Assembly: GCA_026023565.1 (NCBI GenBank) | Contig: JAPETS010000035.1 | Coordinates: forward strand, 124,001 to 188,000 | Source: Cirrosporium novae-zelandiae | Lineage: Eukaryota | Direction of reading: 5' to 3' | Length of the DNA: 64,000 nucleotides | Shown: piece after piece, positions 23,201-34,691 of the stretch | Numbering within the stretch: the stretch's first letter is position 1 | Layout: every line of letters begins with the position of its first letter | Position numbers and translations under genes: made by a program | The notes under the pieces: model-generated | What the model was told of the DNA's origin: nothing | What the model saw: only the letters and a program-made list of their open reading frames with translations | The model's database searches: none

Positions 23201-26200
23201 TAAAGTGATTATTAATGAGATTGTAGAAAGTAGAGATTAGCAACCATGCACAGGAGAACGAAAAAGGGATAGAAATTACCAGGGTAGTAGGAATCAATAA
23301 TAAGAAAGGCGATGAATGATGGTATGAAACTTGATAAAAGAAGAATACCAATAGAGTAATCGCTTGCCCAGGTAAGGTGGTAGCAGTAGAGCTAAATGAA
23401 CGGGGGGGATAAATGCTGTCTAAAAGCTGATAAAATAAACACCTATCCACATATACTATGTTTTCGTTTTCCATCTTTCTTCTACATTAAAGAACTTAAG
23501 TCACCTCAAGAAATAACCAGACCCCGAGGGCCTCGTTTGGTACCGCAAACTACGTTTTTTAAATGATATTCGTTTGCTTTCAAACGCTGCACGACACCAT
23601 CCACCCCCACACATTCCCATCTTTGGGGAAATCCAAGGCAGCACCGTACGTGTCCTCTTCTACCCTCTTCCTCTCTCGGGAGTGTTCCGTATCGAAATTT
23701 ACCAATGGATGCACAATGTGGAAATTGGAACTAGACTCTTAACAGGAGGTTTCATTCCACGAGTGAAAGAAAAAAAGAAAAGATTTATGAAAATTTTTTT
23801 AGGGTATTGTAAGGACTGCAGTTTGTTGCAGCTTTAGGGTGTGTATGGGCTAATTAATTATTATGTGTAGGAAGGAGAACTGGATCGAGTTAGCAACTGC
23901 GAAAATAATTAGAGATCTTCGATAGTAAAAGGCTAAAGGGGTAGGTAGGTGATAAAAAATAATGAGAATCGACTAGTATGCGCCCTGGGAGCTCCCAATG
24001 TTTCTTTTTATGAGAAGATACTCGTGGCTCCTTTGAGTCACCAATGAGATTCTTTTTTCTATGCACTTCTGCTTCCCCTTGATTACCATGTTCGCCAATT
24101 TATCTTTTGTGCAATCCATATAGGCACGTCGAAAGGGTTTTCGTTGATAGGATTCTGGGGCAAGATATAGCAAATGGAGTATGCAGGTAGGTGTATGGTA
24201 TATGGTATACAGAATAGATTGCTATTGAAGAGTTCTTCTTGTGAGGATCTAGACTACGAATATTGGTATGGAATTGCAGCCCATTGGGGTTCCCCCATGC
24301 AGGGTATATTTGTATTTCTCACAGCCTTTTAGATGATTTAATACTTGAACTAAGTCACAATCATTAGTCACACTTGCAACTCCCCTGTGAAAGACCATGT
24401 CAAATATATTCAGTACACAGGCGTGATAGGTTTTTGGGTAGGCAATTAAAGCCTAACCCATCAAGCACAGACCGTCTCTTTATTTAGCCCAGTCGATCCC
24501 TACCGCTAGGGACCCGTCGATCACAAGTGCCAGGAAGACTTTCCCTGTGCTCGCAATCCCCCAATGCATCTAGGTTGTCTGTGTAGGGCTGGAACCTGTT
24601 AACTTCCTTGCTATGTCGGTTGACATCTCAAATACCATCTGCACTGTTTCATGGAAGAGTAGGCGGGAGAGTGAGTGTGCAAGGCTCTATGGTGCACTGT
24701 GGCTGAACCCCAGCCAATAATATTGAGTCACAGTGGCCTGTCTGCCTTATGCATGCATTCGACCGTCCCGCAGCCTTAGCCCCATCAGGCTGAAAGTGTT
24801 ACAGGGCCTTTCTTTCCCCAGATGTGGGGCGCGCTCGACCATCTCTTAGCCCGGAGAAGTACTAAGATATTGAACTTGCTCATAAGCTGTCCTATCTAAA
24901 CCATCTGCGACCATATCGAAATTTACATTTCCATTCTATCCTCTCAAGCCCATAGCGCACCATCCTCTTGCCACATCATCCCGCGCTATCGGCTATCGAG
25001 GTGTCATACCTTACTTTCGTGGTCCAATTCCATACGTACGGTAGCTAATTAACTACTATCAAGCAAGCAAGTTCGCTAAATGAAACTGAGGCGTCTTCGC
25101 GGAGGAGCTGATGTCCTGAACTGTCCCCGCATGGCTGGTAGGGTTGTCATATAAGGATTATGATAGATAGGTTAGATCACTATTTCCAGGCAGAATCAGG
25201 CATCAACTACTTTGCTGAATCATATTGAGCCTCAAGATCTTATCATTGGGCCAATTGACTTTTACCACCCTTGCTAGCGGTAGCTACCCGGGGACAGTTC
25301 AGGAAATATTCGAATGCTTCTGTCTCTGCTTCTGCTTTTGCCCGTTACGATTTCAAAGCCCGAATGAACGACAGACCAACAGGACCCTAAACAATCAGCC
25401 ATCAGCGAGGCTATAGAGCTGATACAAAAGCCCCACTGTAGCCCGTTGCCACTCAAGCAACACCTCGAGCCAATGAATACGATTATCGAAAGGTGAATTT
25501 AGCTAGCCAGCCAGCATGGGATAGTTGGTTTGTTAGCTGTCCATCCCATCCATTCCATTCCATCCACGACCAAAGCGATGCGATAGGCGAATAGATATAA
25601 AAAGGGTGTGTGTGCACGGACGCAGGGCCTGATCACATGATTATATGTGCCCTAGTTACTCCACAAATCCAGCGGGTACCCAAGTATGGAGAATTAGGGT
25701 CTCTGAAACTGATCGACAATGAAAGACTGCAGCAGTGATCAGCCTAGTAGCTTCACTTTGCTTTGCTCTGTTATGCTCACTCATCTATCTGTATTTTCCA
25801 CAACAACCCTACTTTCGGCCGCCGAGGCATATTCCGCAAGCCCTGCTCTCAACTTTCAATTTTATCCTCAACCACAACTTTTCGACCTCGATTGGCAAGT
25901 TCCACGGATGTCTTATACTAGTTTTATTAAGTAAGGCAAGGTAAGCAATTTGTGTAAGTTGATTAGGTAGATCTAAGATAGCATAAAAGAGCCTCTTTAA
26001 CTTTCCTACGTGTTGTATTTTGGTTTGGGGGGGGGGACGGGGTAATGTTTTCATTTTTATTATATCTATTCATTTATTCTATCTCATTGCAGGTATAAGT
26101 AAGAAAGAAAGAAAGAAAGACTATAACGAGGGGAAGGGGAAGGGGAAGGGGGGGGTGAGGACGCGTTGGACGTTTGATGAATGGGGCATTGTTCGAATTT

Positions 26201-27498
26201 GAGTGAGGATTGATTTCTTCTTCTAATAGGGGTAGGCTGTAGGTAGGTAGGTATGTCAATGTCAATGACAGGGCGGGCGGGTGGCTCGTGGCTGGCTGTA
26301 ATAGTAGTAGTAGTAGTGTATGATGTACATATACTAGCGGTAGTATACTGAAATACCAAGTAAACATAAGCTGCTAGTCAATAAACCCGTTTTTAACAAT
26401 ATCCATATAGTAAGTATTGCGCGTTGTATTGTGTTGGATTGGATTCGATTGTAGCAGAGATCTGGTTTAATTTTGGTTTTGGTTCTTGAAAAAAGAGGGA
26501 AAGAAAGAAAGCCTCTCCCCCCCTCCTGCTAAAACTCTTTTTTTTTTTTCTTTTTTTCTTCCTCCTTCTCTTTTTTTCTTTTCTTTACTCTTTCTACTCT
26601 CTATATCAAATATCAAATAATTCCAATTTATAACTTAACTGTATCACTCACTCACTGATTAATTATATAAGAATCCTTAACCCCCCCCACTCCCCTATTC
26701 CTATTACTCTCTCTAACCCCCTAATCCTCCTCACTTAAGATAATTTGAATTCTCATATCTTCTATGCCAACTCCTCTCACCCATCCCTCTTCCTATCCTA
26801 ACTACTATACCACACTTTCACCTCACAGAAAAACAAGGGAAAACAAAACAAATAAATCCAAAAGATCCATCTCTCCCTCAACCCCTTCCCTACCCTATAC
26901 CAACCATAAATGACCCATATCCTATCCTATCGACCCATTCATATAACGATCCCTTTCTTCCTTTTTTCTGCTTTCCCTTATTTATTTATTTTTTTTCTAG
27001 CTTCTGGCTTCTGGATTTTGATTCGTAAGTATGGAATCAATCAATAAATAAAGGAAGGAAGAAAGTATAGGCGTTTGGGGTGGTTGGTTTTGGTTATTAA
27101 GTTGAGGATGGGGCTAGGGAAAGGGAAAAGGGGTTTGATGGGACTGGGATTGGGTTATGGGATTTGTATGGATGAAGGAAGGAGTAAGGGGGAAGGGGAG
27201 AAAGGGGTGTGGGGATGGATATGTGAGATGTGGGATAGGGAAATAACTAACATCATCTAACAAGGTGTTTTTTTTTTTTCACAATTTCTGTTCTTCTTCA
27301 GCCTACCCACCCCATCCATATTGACATGGACCTTTAATGATTTATGACATGTATGTGTGACGTTGCAATTATTTTTGAATGATGGTCTAAAAGGCAGGGA
27401 AATATAGATATTCCCCGCCTAAGGGTCCGTGCCCACGAGCTAACCCCAATAAGGTGGGTCATACAGGTAAAGGGCAAAAACGCTGCACAACCACATAT

Positions 27499-28944
27499 CT
27501 ACATCTTATCCCCCGCCAACCCAACCTCCGAATTCCTCTGCCCCGCCAAAACCCCCTCCAAAAACTTCCTCAACGCGTTCTCGCTCAACCCACCGCCAAG
27601 CACATGGCCCAGCGCATGACCCTCAATTTCCGCACTAGCAATAAACCCGAGTTTCATTGCGTCGACGATTAGTTCTAGGGTGTCGTGTTGTTTTAGAGCT
27701 AGTTTAGTGTGTCCTGTTTATGGTGTAAATGGGGAGGAGAGAGAAGGGGGATAAAGGGGGGGGATCTTAAACTTACTTTTTAGAAATGGGTCTTGATGTT
27801 TACGGATTTTGATTTCGTATTTTGTGACCGAGGAGGCGGGATAGGTTGTTTTTAGATCGATTGGGTGGCCTACGCTGCGGACGATGTAGTTGTCGCGTTC
27901 TTTTTTGTAGTGGAAGTAGTGGGGTTCTAGCAATGGGTTAGTTGGGTAGGTGGCTTTGGTTATTTACTCGTGATGATGAACTGGGTGGTCCCACCTTTTT
28001 CTCCCTTCTTCGGCTCGATTGATTCATCTTTCAGATCGAAAAGCGTGGACCCTGTGAGTGTATGACTGAGAGCCCAGGGCTCCGCGCCTTCTTTTTTGGC
28101 AACATTCGTTTTCTTCACGTTGACTTCCGGTAGGCCGATGGCTTTCGGTGTTGTATGGGCACGGTTCAATATCTCTTTCATAGTATTTTCATCCTCTATC
28201 CCCAACTAATTAGTCACCATGGCCCGAAATAGAATTGGGGGTGGATGGATGGATGGGTAAAAAATACTATAGACGATGATGCCCTTCGTAAAGCTAGAAG
28301 TGCCGATGTAGGAGATGAGGAAGAATACGTCGATGAAACCGATGAGTCTAATTTTGCCAGGCCATCGTTCACCGTTTATTTGAATCTCCCAGGGATGGAT
28401 GTCGCTTTTTAGCATACCGTCAGCGCCTTTTGCTACGATGAGATATATGGATATTGAAACTAGGCAGAGGATGTGAGGGAGGAAGGGGAGAGTTATGCAC
28501 GCACCAATCGCATTGAAGGCTGTTGTCGTCGATCGATCTTCCGAATAGGTGGAGAATTCGGTGGTAAGAAGCCATGCTAATTGCTCTCGAAAGCTTTTGT
28601 TTTGTTTTTTTTTTTCACAAGAAAGAGTGATGTGCTAGAATCGAGTTTCCCTATAAAGTCGGATTCAACGAGAAGTGGTGGGATGCACTCACCGTGCAAG
28701 TAAGAGCTACGGCAACTCTAGTTTTGATATCTGGTTAAGCCTCAGGATCTGCAGGACTAGACGTGAGCAAGACGCTTGCATGCACTTGCATATGCGCTTC
28801 CGATATATTTGTCTCGTCTTCCCCGACATGCATTAGGACATCAGTAGTTGATACGAGCGCTGGTAGGGATTCTGAAGTGGCAAAGAGCCAACGAGATAGG
28901 GAGAAAATGTGATTCCAGCAACTGCAGAAGATAAATCCAAGCAT
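27499..28944 (-). CDS. Orphan hypothetical protein, eight exons, ~270-306 aa
   Basis: Exons 28786-28944 (or 28833), 28693-28706, 28505-28593, 28418-28432, 28268-28347, 27968-28205, 27777-27926 and 27499-27674 join in frame through GT-AG introns: MHVGEDETNISEAHMQLLLARFREQLAWLLTTEFSTYSEDRS...EPWALSHTLTGSTLFDLKD...GGTTQFIITKPHYFHY...LRKFLEGVLAGQRNSEVGLAGDKM*. No family recognised. Confidence 0.7.
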
Positions 28945-29321
28945 GGACCACTCGCCCTCCCCTAATCTTCTACTTTGTTGATTAGACACAGCGACGTGGG
29001 GTTCTATCATGCACGCTAGTAGCTGCACTTACAAGCATGCAGATCAGCTCGTTTCTCTCAGCCTTCGCTTTTATCCAGCTCCGCGGAGAGGTTAGAGCCG
29101 CAAATGTCAATATCTATAAATAATTTCCCATATTTGGACGAATTCTTGTCTTGTAAACCGTGATAACTCTCTAATAGTGTCCTTAGAACCCGATACAGCT
29201 TTCGTCTATTGGAACCTCTCTAAGTTGTCTTACTGTCTCTTATCTAGCCTTGGTCTGGTATCATAAACAACCATATCAACACCTCGCTAGGAGCTTTACC
29301 TGCACCAGGAATAGCAACAAG

Positions 29322-32300
29322 ATGACATCGCAGTGGACTGAACGGAACGAAATCACCAAAACCGGGAGGAAGGTGGTTGAAGTAACAGGGACATCCTCTT
29401 CCATCAACAATGCGAGTGCAGCAGCACACTTCTTGGCCAGCAGAACCAACTCCGGCTACAACATCATCCGAGATGGTTCCGTGAAACGTATTCTCGATCC
29501 GGCTTTCGGAAAGGGAGTGCAAACGATGATCAACTTTCTGGTCGGCTCTGGCTTCAAGCCGAACTTTAATCGCGACGATTTCCAAGGTTCCGATCATTAC
29601 GGGGGCGCATATATCCTCGATCCATCTTCCGTTGACCGCGAGCGCAGACGGATCCCTCCTCGCATGTGGGATATTGATAGCGGTAATCTTGTGGAAGAGT
29701 TGGATGCCGACAAGGTCGGTTACTACAGCATCTTGTCCCACAGCTGGAAAGGCCGTGAAATCGACTACGCATTTGTGTCCAAAGTGAAGCAGGCGAGCGA
29801 AAAGAAGTTGAAATATGACGATATATACAACAACCAACCCAAAGTGGACATCAAAGGCAGTGCTATTCCTCCACCCGAAGTGAGAAAATATGCCTATCTG
29901 GATGACGTTACCGAGCAGAATGATGTCCAAAAGATCAAAGCCCAATGTAATGAAAATCTTCGGCTTCAACGCCTCAAGATAGATGCTGCAGTCCGGAAAT
30001 CTGGTCAAGGATCCATAAACGTGAGGGACCTTCTTGACAAGCGTGCCAAGGTCAAGGACGCAGAATGGGTGCATTCAAAAGTTAAGAGGGAAGTAAAACA
30101 AAAGAAAAGAGAACTCCTCGCCAAGCAAATGGTAGATGGCACCCTTAAATGGCGTCGAGCGGAAATGGGTGTGAGTGTGGAAACGACAACGGAAGCCAAA
30201 GACGAGGAGGGGAAAGCAACGGATCCTCAAGAGGATGGCAACACTCAGAGTAAAGAGAAAGAGCTGGAAGAGGCTAGCGATAAACTTAGAAGAGGGGAAG
30301 AAACACTAAGCGAAGCAGAGGCTGGATGTAAATCCATCGACAAGTCTCTCTGTGATGCTGTCGACGAGCTGTTTCCGTTGCTGCAACAAAGATTTTCTGC
30401 GCATAAGATCGAAAAGTCGATCGCCGAGACCAGACGGATTCTAGACACGGGAATCTTTCCAACAACTCAGGGCAGGAGATACCTGTGGAACGATACTTGC
30501 TGCATCAATAAAGCGATTGTTGGCGAACACATCGAGTCGCTGGCTTTGATGGGCGAATGGTACACCAACGCCGAGTTCTGTCTGGTGCATCTTGATACAG
30601 CTCCTTCAAGCGTGGAATGGGTTACGGTTTGGGATTATTTGGAGAGTGAAGATCGTCTGTATGAAATGTCGGCAAACTTTAAAGAATTTAAGGATGTTAA
30701 AAAGGAGACAAAACCACATTGGGCGACACGGGGCTGGACACTGCAAGAGCTCGCCTTGAGCAAGATGGCCTTTTTTGTTAACAATGTCTGGACCCCCTTG
30801 AACCGGCCTGTTGAAAATCTTGGCCCATATTACTACTTATGGTCGTACCTTAAGCAGTACACTGATGGCTCTAGCTTGTTCAGTATTAGTAAGGCGGCGA
30901 AAGTCCTAGACGACATTAAGGAGTTGAGGAAAGTGATGGATGAGGGAGAAAAGGTAAGCCTCGCTGCTACGGACAACATGGTACCGAGACTTGGTTAGTA
31001 GCTAGAGTTACTGATGGGAATATTCAGATAACGTTTGTCAATGTCAAAGACGGCTTTGAGAAGAAGCATAGGCTAATAGGCATCCTTAACTTCCTCGAGG
31101 TTGAGTTTCCAAAGAACATAGACGATCTCACTGCCAATGCTCACATTTACCATTCAATCGAAGATGCGGCGAAGAAGATCGCTAGGATATGCAAGGGCGA
31201 GAACTCGGCTCGTACGTCGAGAATAAAAACGCTTCTCGGTTCGTTTGAGATATCAGAAGAACAGGTCGAGACGCTGATAAAACTACTGATAAAAGATCTG
31301 GTCAAGGCCGAGGACCCTGTGGACAAAGACCCTATACACGAAGATAGGAAACGCATTCATGACTTCAGCGAGGTCCCTGCGTTGGAGTGCTGTCGAGGTG
31401 CTAGCAAAACAAAGCTCACTGCAGTCGACATCCTAGCTTTAGCCTCCAAAAGGAACGTGACTGTTGCTACGGATCAAGTATATTCGTTGATGGGAATGCT
31501 TGGTGTCAAGTTCGCTGCGTTCCATGCGGAGGGTTTAACCAAAGCGTTGTCTCGTCTCCTTGATGAAGTCATCACCACTTCCAAGGATGTCTCGGTCTTC
31601 CATTGGACTGGGAGAGAGTTAGGAAGTCCCGTTATGGGACGGTCGCTATACCCAGTCAACTTCGACGCGTTCAAGTCGCCGGGAAATAATAACGATGACG
31701 TAAAAGCAGACCGGCTGGTGGCAAATGCGCTTCAAGATCAGCGGAAGGACCTATTGGAAGTCTCCGAGAACCTTAGCACGGTGCTCCAAAAATTACTCAG
31801 CCTGATCAATAGTTCGACCGAGGCCAATCAACCGATCAACGAGCTGCTGCTTATGCTCAATAAGATCTCAGAAAGTGACATAAAGGATATTAAACCCCAG
31901 CTCCTCGATCTCCGCAAGACAGTAACGTATCTTGAAGATCAGGAAAAATATGACGCTAAAAAGGATGATGCAAAGGACGAAGACAGTAAAGGTAACTCTA
32001 AGATGGAGGATGACGATGACAAAAAGACTTCTCTCTTCGGAATGAAAGGACCTTCACTCCCTTTATCCATGCATTTTGGTAAGCCGGGGCGAACGAAGCC
32101 ATCCGACAAGCGAGTTGAACAACCTACCGAAAAGGAGCCACCGAAGGGAGACACAGCAGAGTTCAAGCTCAAAAAATTTGGGATGAAGGAATCTAAACAC
32201 TCAAATAGCCCCATAGAGACGTCTACTACACCGCAGGTCTCCACGAAGAGTCTCGACTTGAAAAATATTCAGACTAGATTCAAAAACAAATATGACACTG

Positions 32301-33508
32301 TCCTCGGAAACATTACAGGCACACTTGAACCCTCAAATGATTTAGAGGACTTTAAAAAATGGTCAGAGAAGATCAAACCCATTCCACCGTGCAATCTTGC
32401 CGGACCTGGCATTCCGGAGCGCAATAAGAATTCTCAGGATGAGTCTTTAAATAAAAAAGACCTACCAGATGCGTCTAAGAATAGCACCATGATCTCACCG
32501 AACCCCATCATCGTAGATACCTCTGGCATTGGGGGGGTATTTGATATTCAAAGAATTATAGTGACGATGCAGAACCCCGATAAACTTCGCAAAGAGATCG
32601 GCAAACTGACAAGTGTAAATCACAAAATTGGTGGGGAATGCACAATCAGCACGGGATTTGCTTCAGTCGCAGTGGCTTTCTGTTGCGAAAAGCATGTGCT
32701 GCAAAAGCAGCTCGACGCGTGCGATGTCATTGAGAATACAATCTTAGAGCGGGGAGTAGGTAGCAGAACTTCTGCATCGCCTACAGACGCCAACATGAAA
32801 GTCGTCACCGATCAGAATCCACAATCAAGCGAAAGAGCAACAGACACAAAGCCAGAAGAGAATGAATCCGGCATGAAAGCCAAAACACACGCCCAAAAAC
32901 GCATGCAGCGTATGCTCAAGTTCGTACAAGAATCCGACCTGAACCTCATAGCCGGTGAATGGGTCCTTGCACGTTTCTCCGGCGTGCGCGACGCAAAATG
33001 GTTCCTGTGCCGGCTGGAACTAGGTTCGACACACGAGTACTACGGGTGGCGGATTGCGACAGATGAATTCGATTTCTCAACGAGCGCGGTACCCGAAAAG
33101 GAACTCGTTGGCTGGTGGGAGACCTATATGAACCAGAAGAAAGTCGAACTATGCCGGATCGTGCGCCTGGCAATCCAAAGCCGCAAACTAAAAGCTGCCG
33201 AAACGAAAATATCGGAGAATCACAAGCCAGGGTCTCCAGAATCCCAGAACCAGGAGGAAGATGAGGAGGAAGAGATATCGACCTGGGCAGCGATCTGCAA
33301 GTACGGCTTCGACAATGTGACGCTGGTCGGTACTTGGCTGCTGCGTAACATCACAGATAAATATACCGTGCAGCTGAATCAAGCGCTTGACGAGACGGTC
33401 TTAAGGCCGGTCCCGAAGCATCTGAGAACTGCGATTATGAATTTGCATGAGGATAGAAATTGGCTTCCTGCTATGTTTATTCCAGCAGCAAAGGTGCATA
33501 TGCTGTAG
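29322..33508 (+). CDS. HET (heterokaryon incompatibility) domain protein, ~1370 aa, with a long coiled-coil insertion
   Basis: HET blocks YSILSHSWKGREI, YLWNDTCCINK, ESLALMGEWYTNAEFCLVHL and WATRGWTLQEL, followed by DQVYSLMGMLGV. Intron 30954-31027 joins the two long ORFs in frame. Confidence 0.9.
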
Positions 33509-34691
33509 TTAGCTAGGGAGGACAACACTAATGATGCCGAGAATGTTGTTTATAATGAACACTCGTTGTTGTTGAATGGATGTATGGTATTGCGTGCGTA
33601 TAGTTCGTATGAATCATTTACGTAGAGAAACTTATAATCCTGGGCTACGGAAGATAATTGTTCCGGTTTGAACCACCTAGGTAGGATCTGTTTGGTTATA
33701 GATGCGAATTTTATGGTGGGGAAGGGGATTTGTTTGGTGTGTGTTCTCTTCCTGTGCGCTGGTCCCATCGCCACTCCATCTTCCATAACACCTATCAACT
33801 TGTATAAGAACATTTCCTGATACTATGACCCTTCTAGCCACTTTCTCCAGTCTTGTTCCTCCCTTTCCGATAGTCTTGCTGATGCTTCCTCATAGTTCCC
33901 AGCTCTCTCATTCACTATTCTCTCGCTCACAGCTAGCATCGCTATCAACGAAATATTCTCATTTGCTTCTTGTGGCATGAATGATGTTGAAGAAAGTGTT
34001 CAAGGCCTGTTGGGGGAGCTTCGAGGGTTATAAGGGATATTAAGGCGAGGGGATTCAGACTTGGAGTTTGTTAGGGATGTCTTGCACAGGTGAGGATAAG
34101 AATATGGGAAGATGGGGAATAGGAAAATAGTATCTCGCATGATAAAGACCTATCGTCACGTTTGAGGTTAAGGGGTGTTTCGATAAAAGGGGGGAGGCGT
34201 GTAAGCGGTACTAACGAGGTGACAGTTAAAACCATCACCAAAACCCTTAGAAATACAATTATTTTATATCTTATAACCCCAACCTGACCACCTTCAAGGC
34301 GCCCTTTGCACCTAGACTTCTTTAAATCAAGCAAACACACAAAACAAGACACAATCAATCAATCAATCCACCAGTCGAGCCATCAACGTGTGAAAGAACA
34401 ACAGACACACAAAGTCCATAGAATCACAGTGCATGCTCATATTCAAATAAGAAGGCTGTTGGCGGAGGATAGGGTGGTAGGTTTTCTAAGAATTAAGATT
34501 AGAATCAAAGTAGACTCTCTCGACGCATAACGAGGTATTAGTATACGATAAAACTCGGGTTCGAGACTCCGCTTTGAGTGACAAGGGATAATGACCTCGT
34601 GATTTTTCTGGTGGGATTTGGATTTAATAGGTGAAAAGGCCATTGATCTTTTACCCAAGCAATCGTACCACCCCCTCCACCAGTTCTGGAT

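Noticed and set aside
26170..26220. Box C/D snoRNA (TTGATGA...TTGA)
   Set aside because: No canonical CTGA box D, terminal stem or recognisable rRNA guide.
28690..28770. F-box-like reading (LVLQILRL / PDIKTRVAVALTCT)
   Set aside because: It requires a frameshift; the sequence is better explained as intron plus the 14-nt exon of the orphan gene.
33820..33980. Small minus-strand ORF (~50 aa, MPQEANENISL...)
   Set aside because: No homology cue or supporting gene structure.
34540..34580. tRNA or SRP RNA gene
   Set aside because: The T-stem pairs poorly, there is no cloverleaf, and no SRP helix-8 motif was found downstream.
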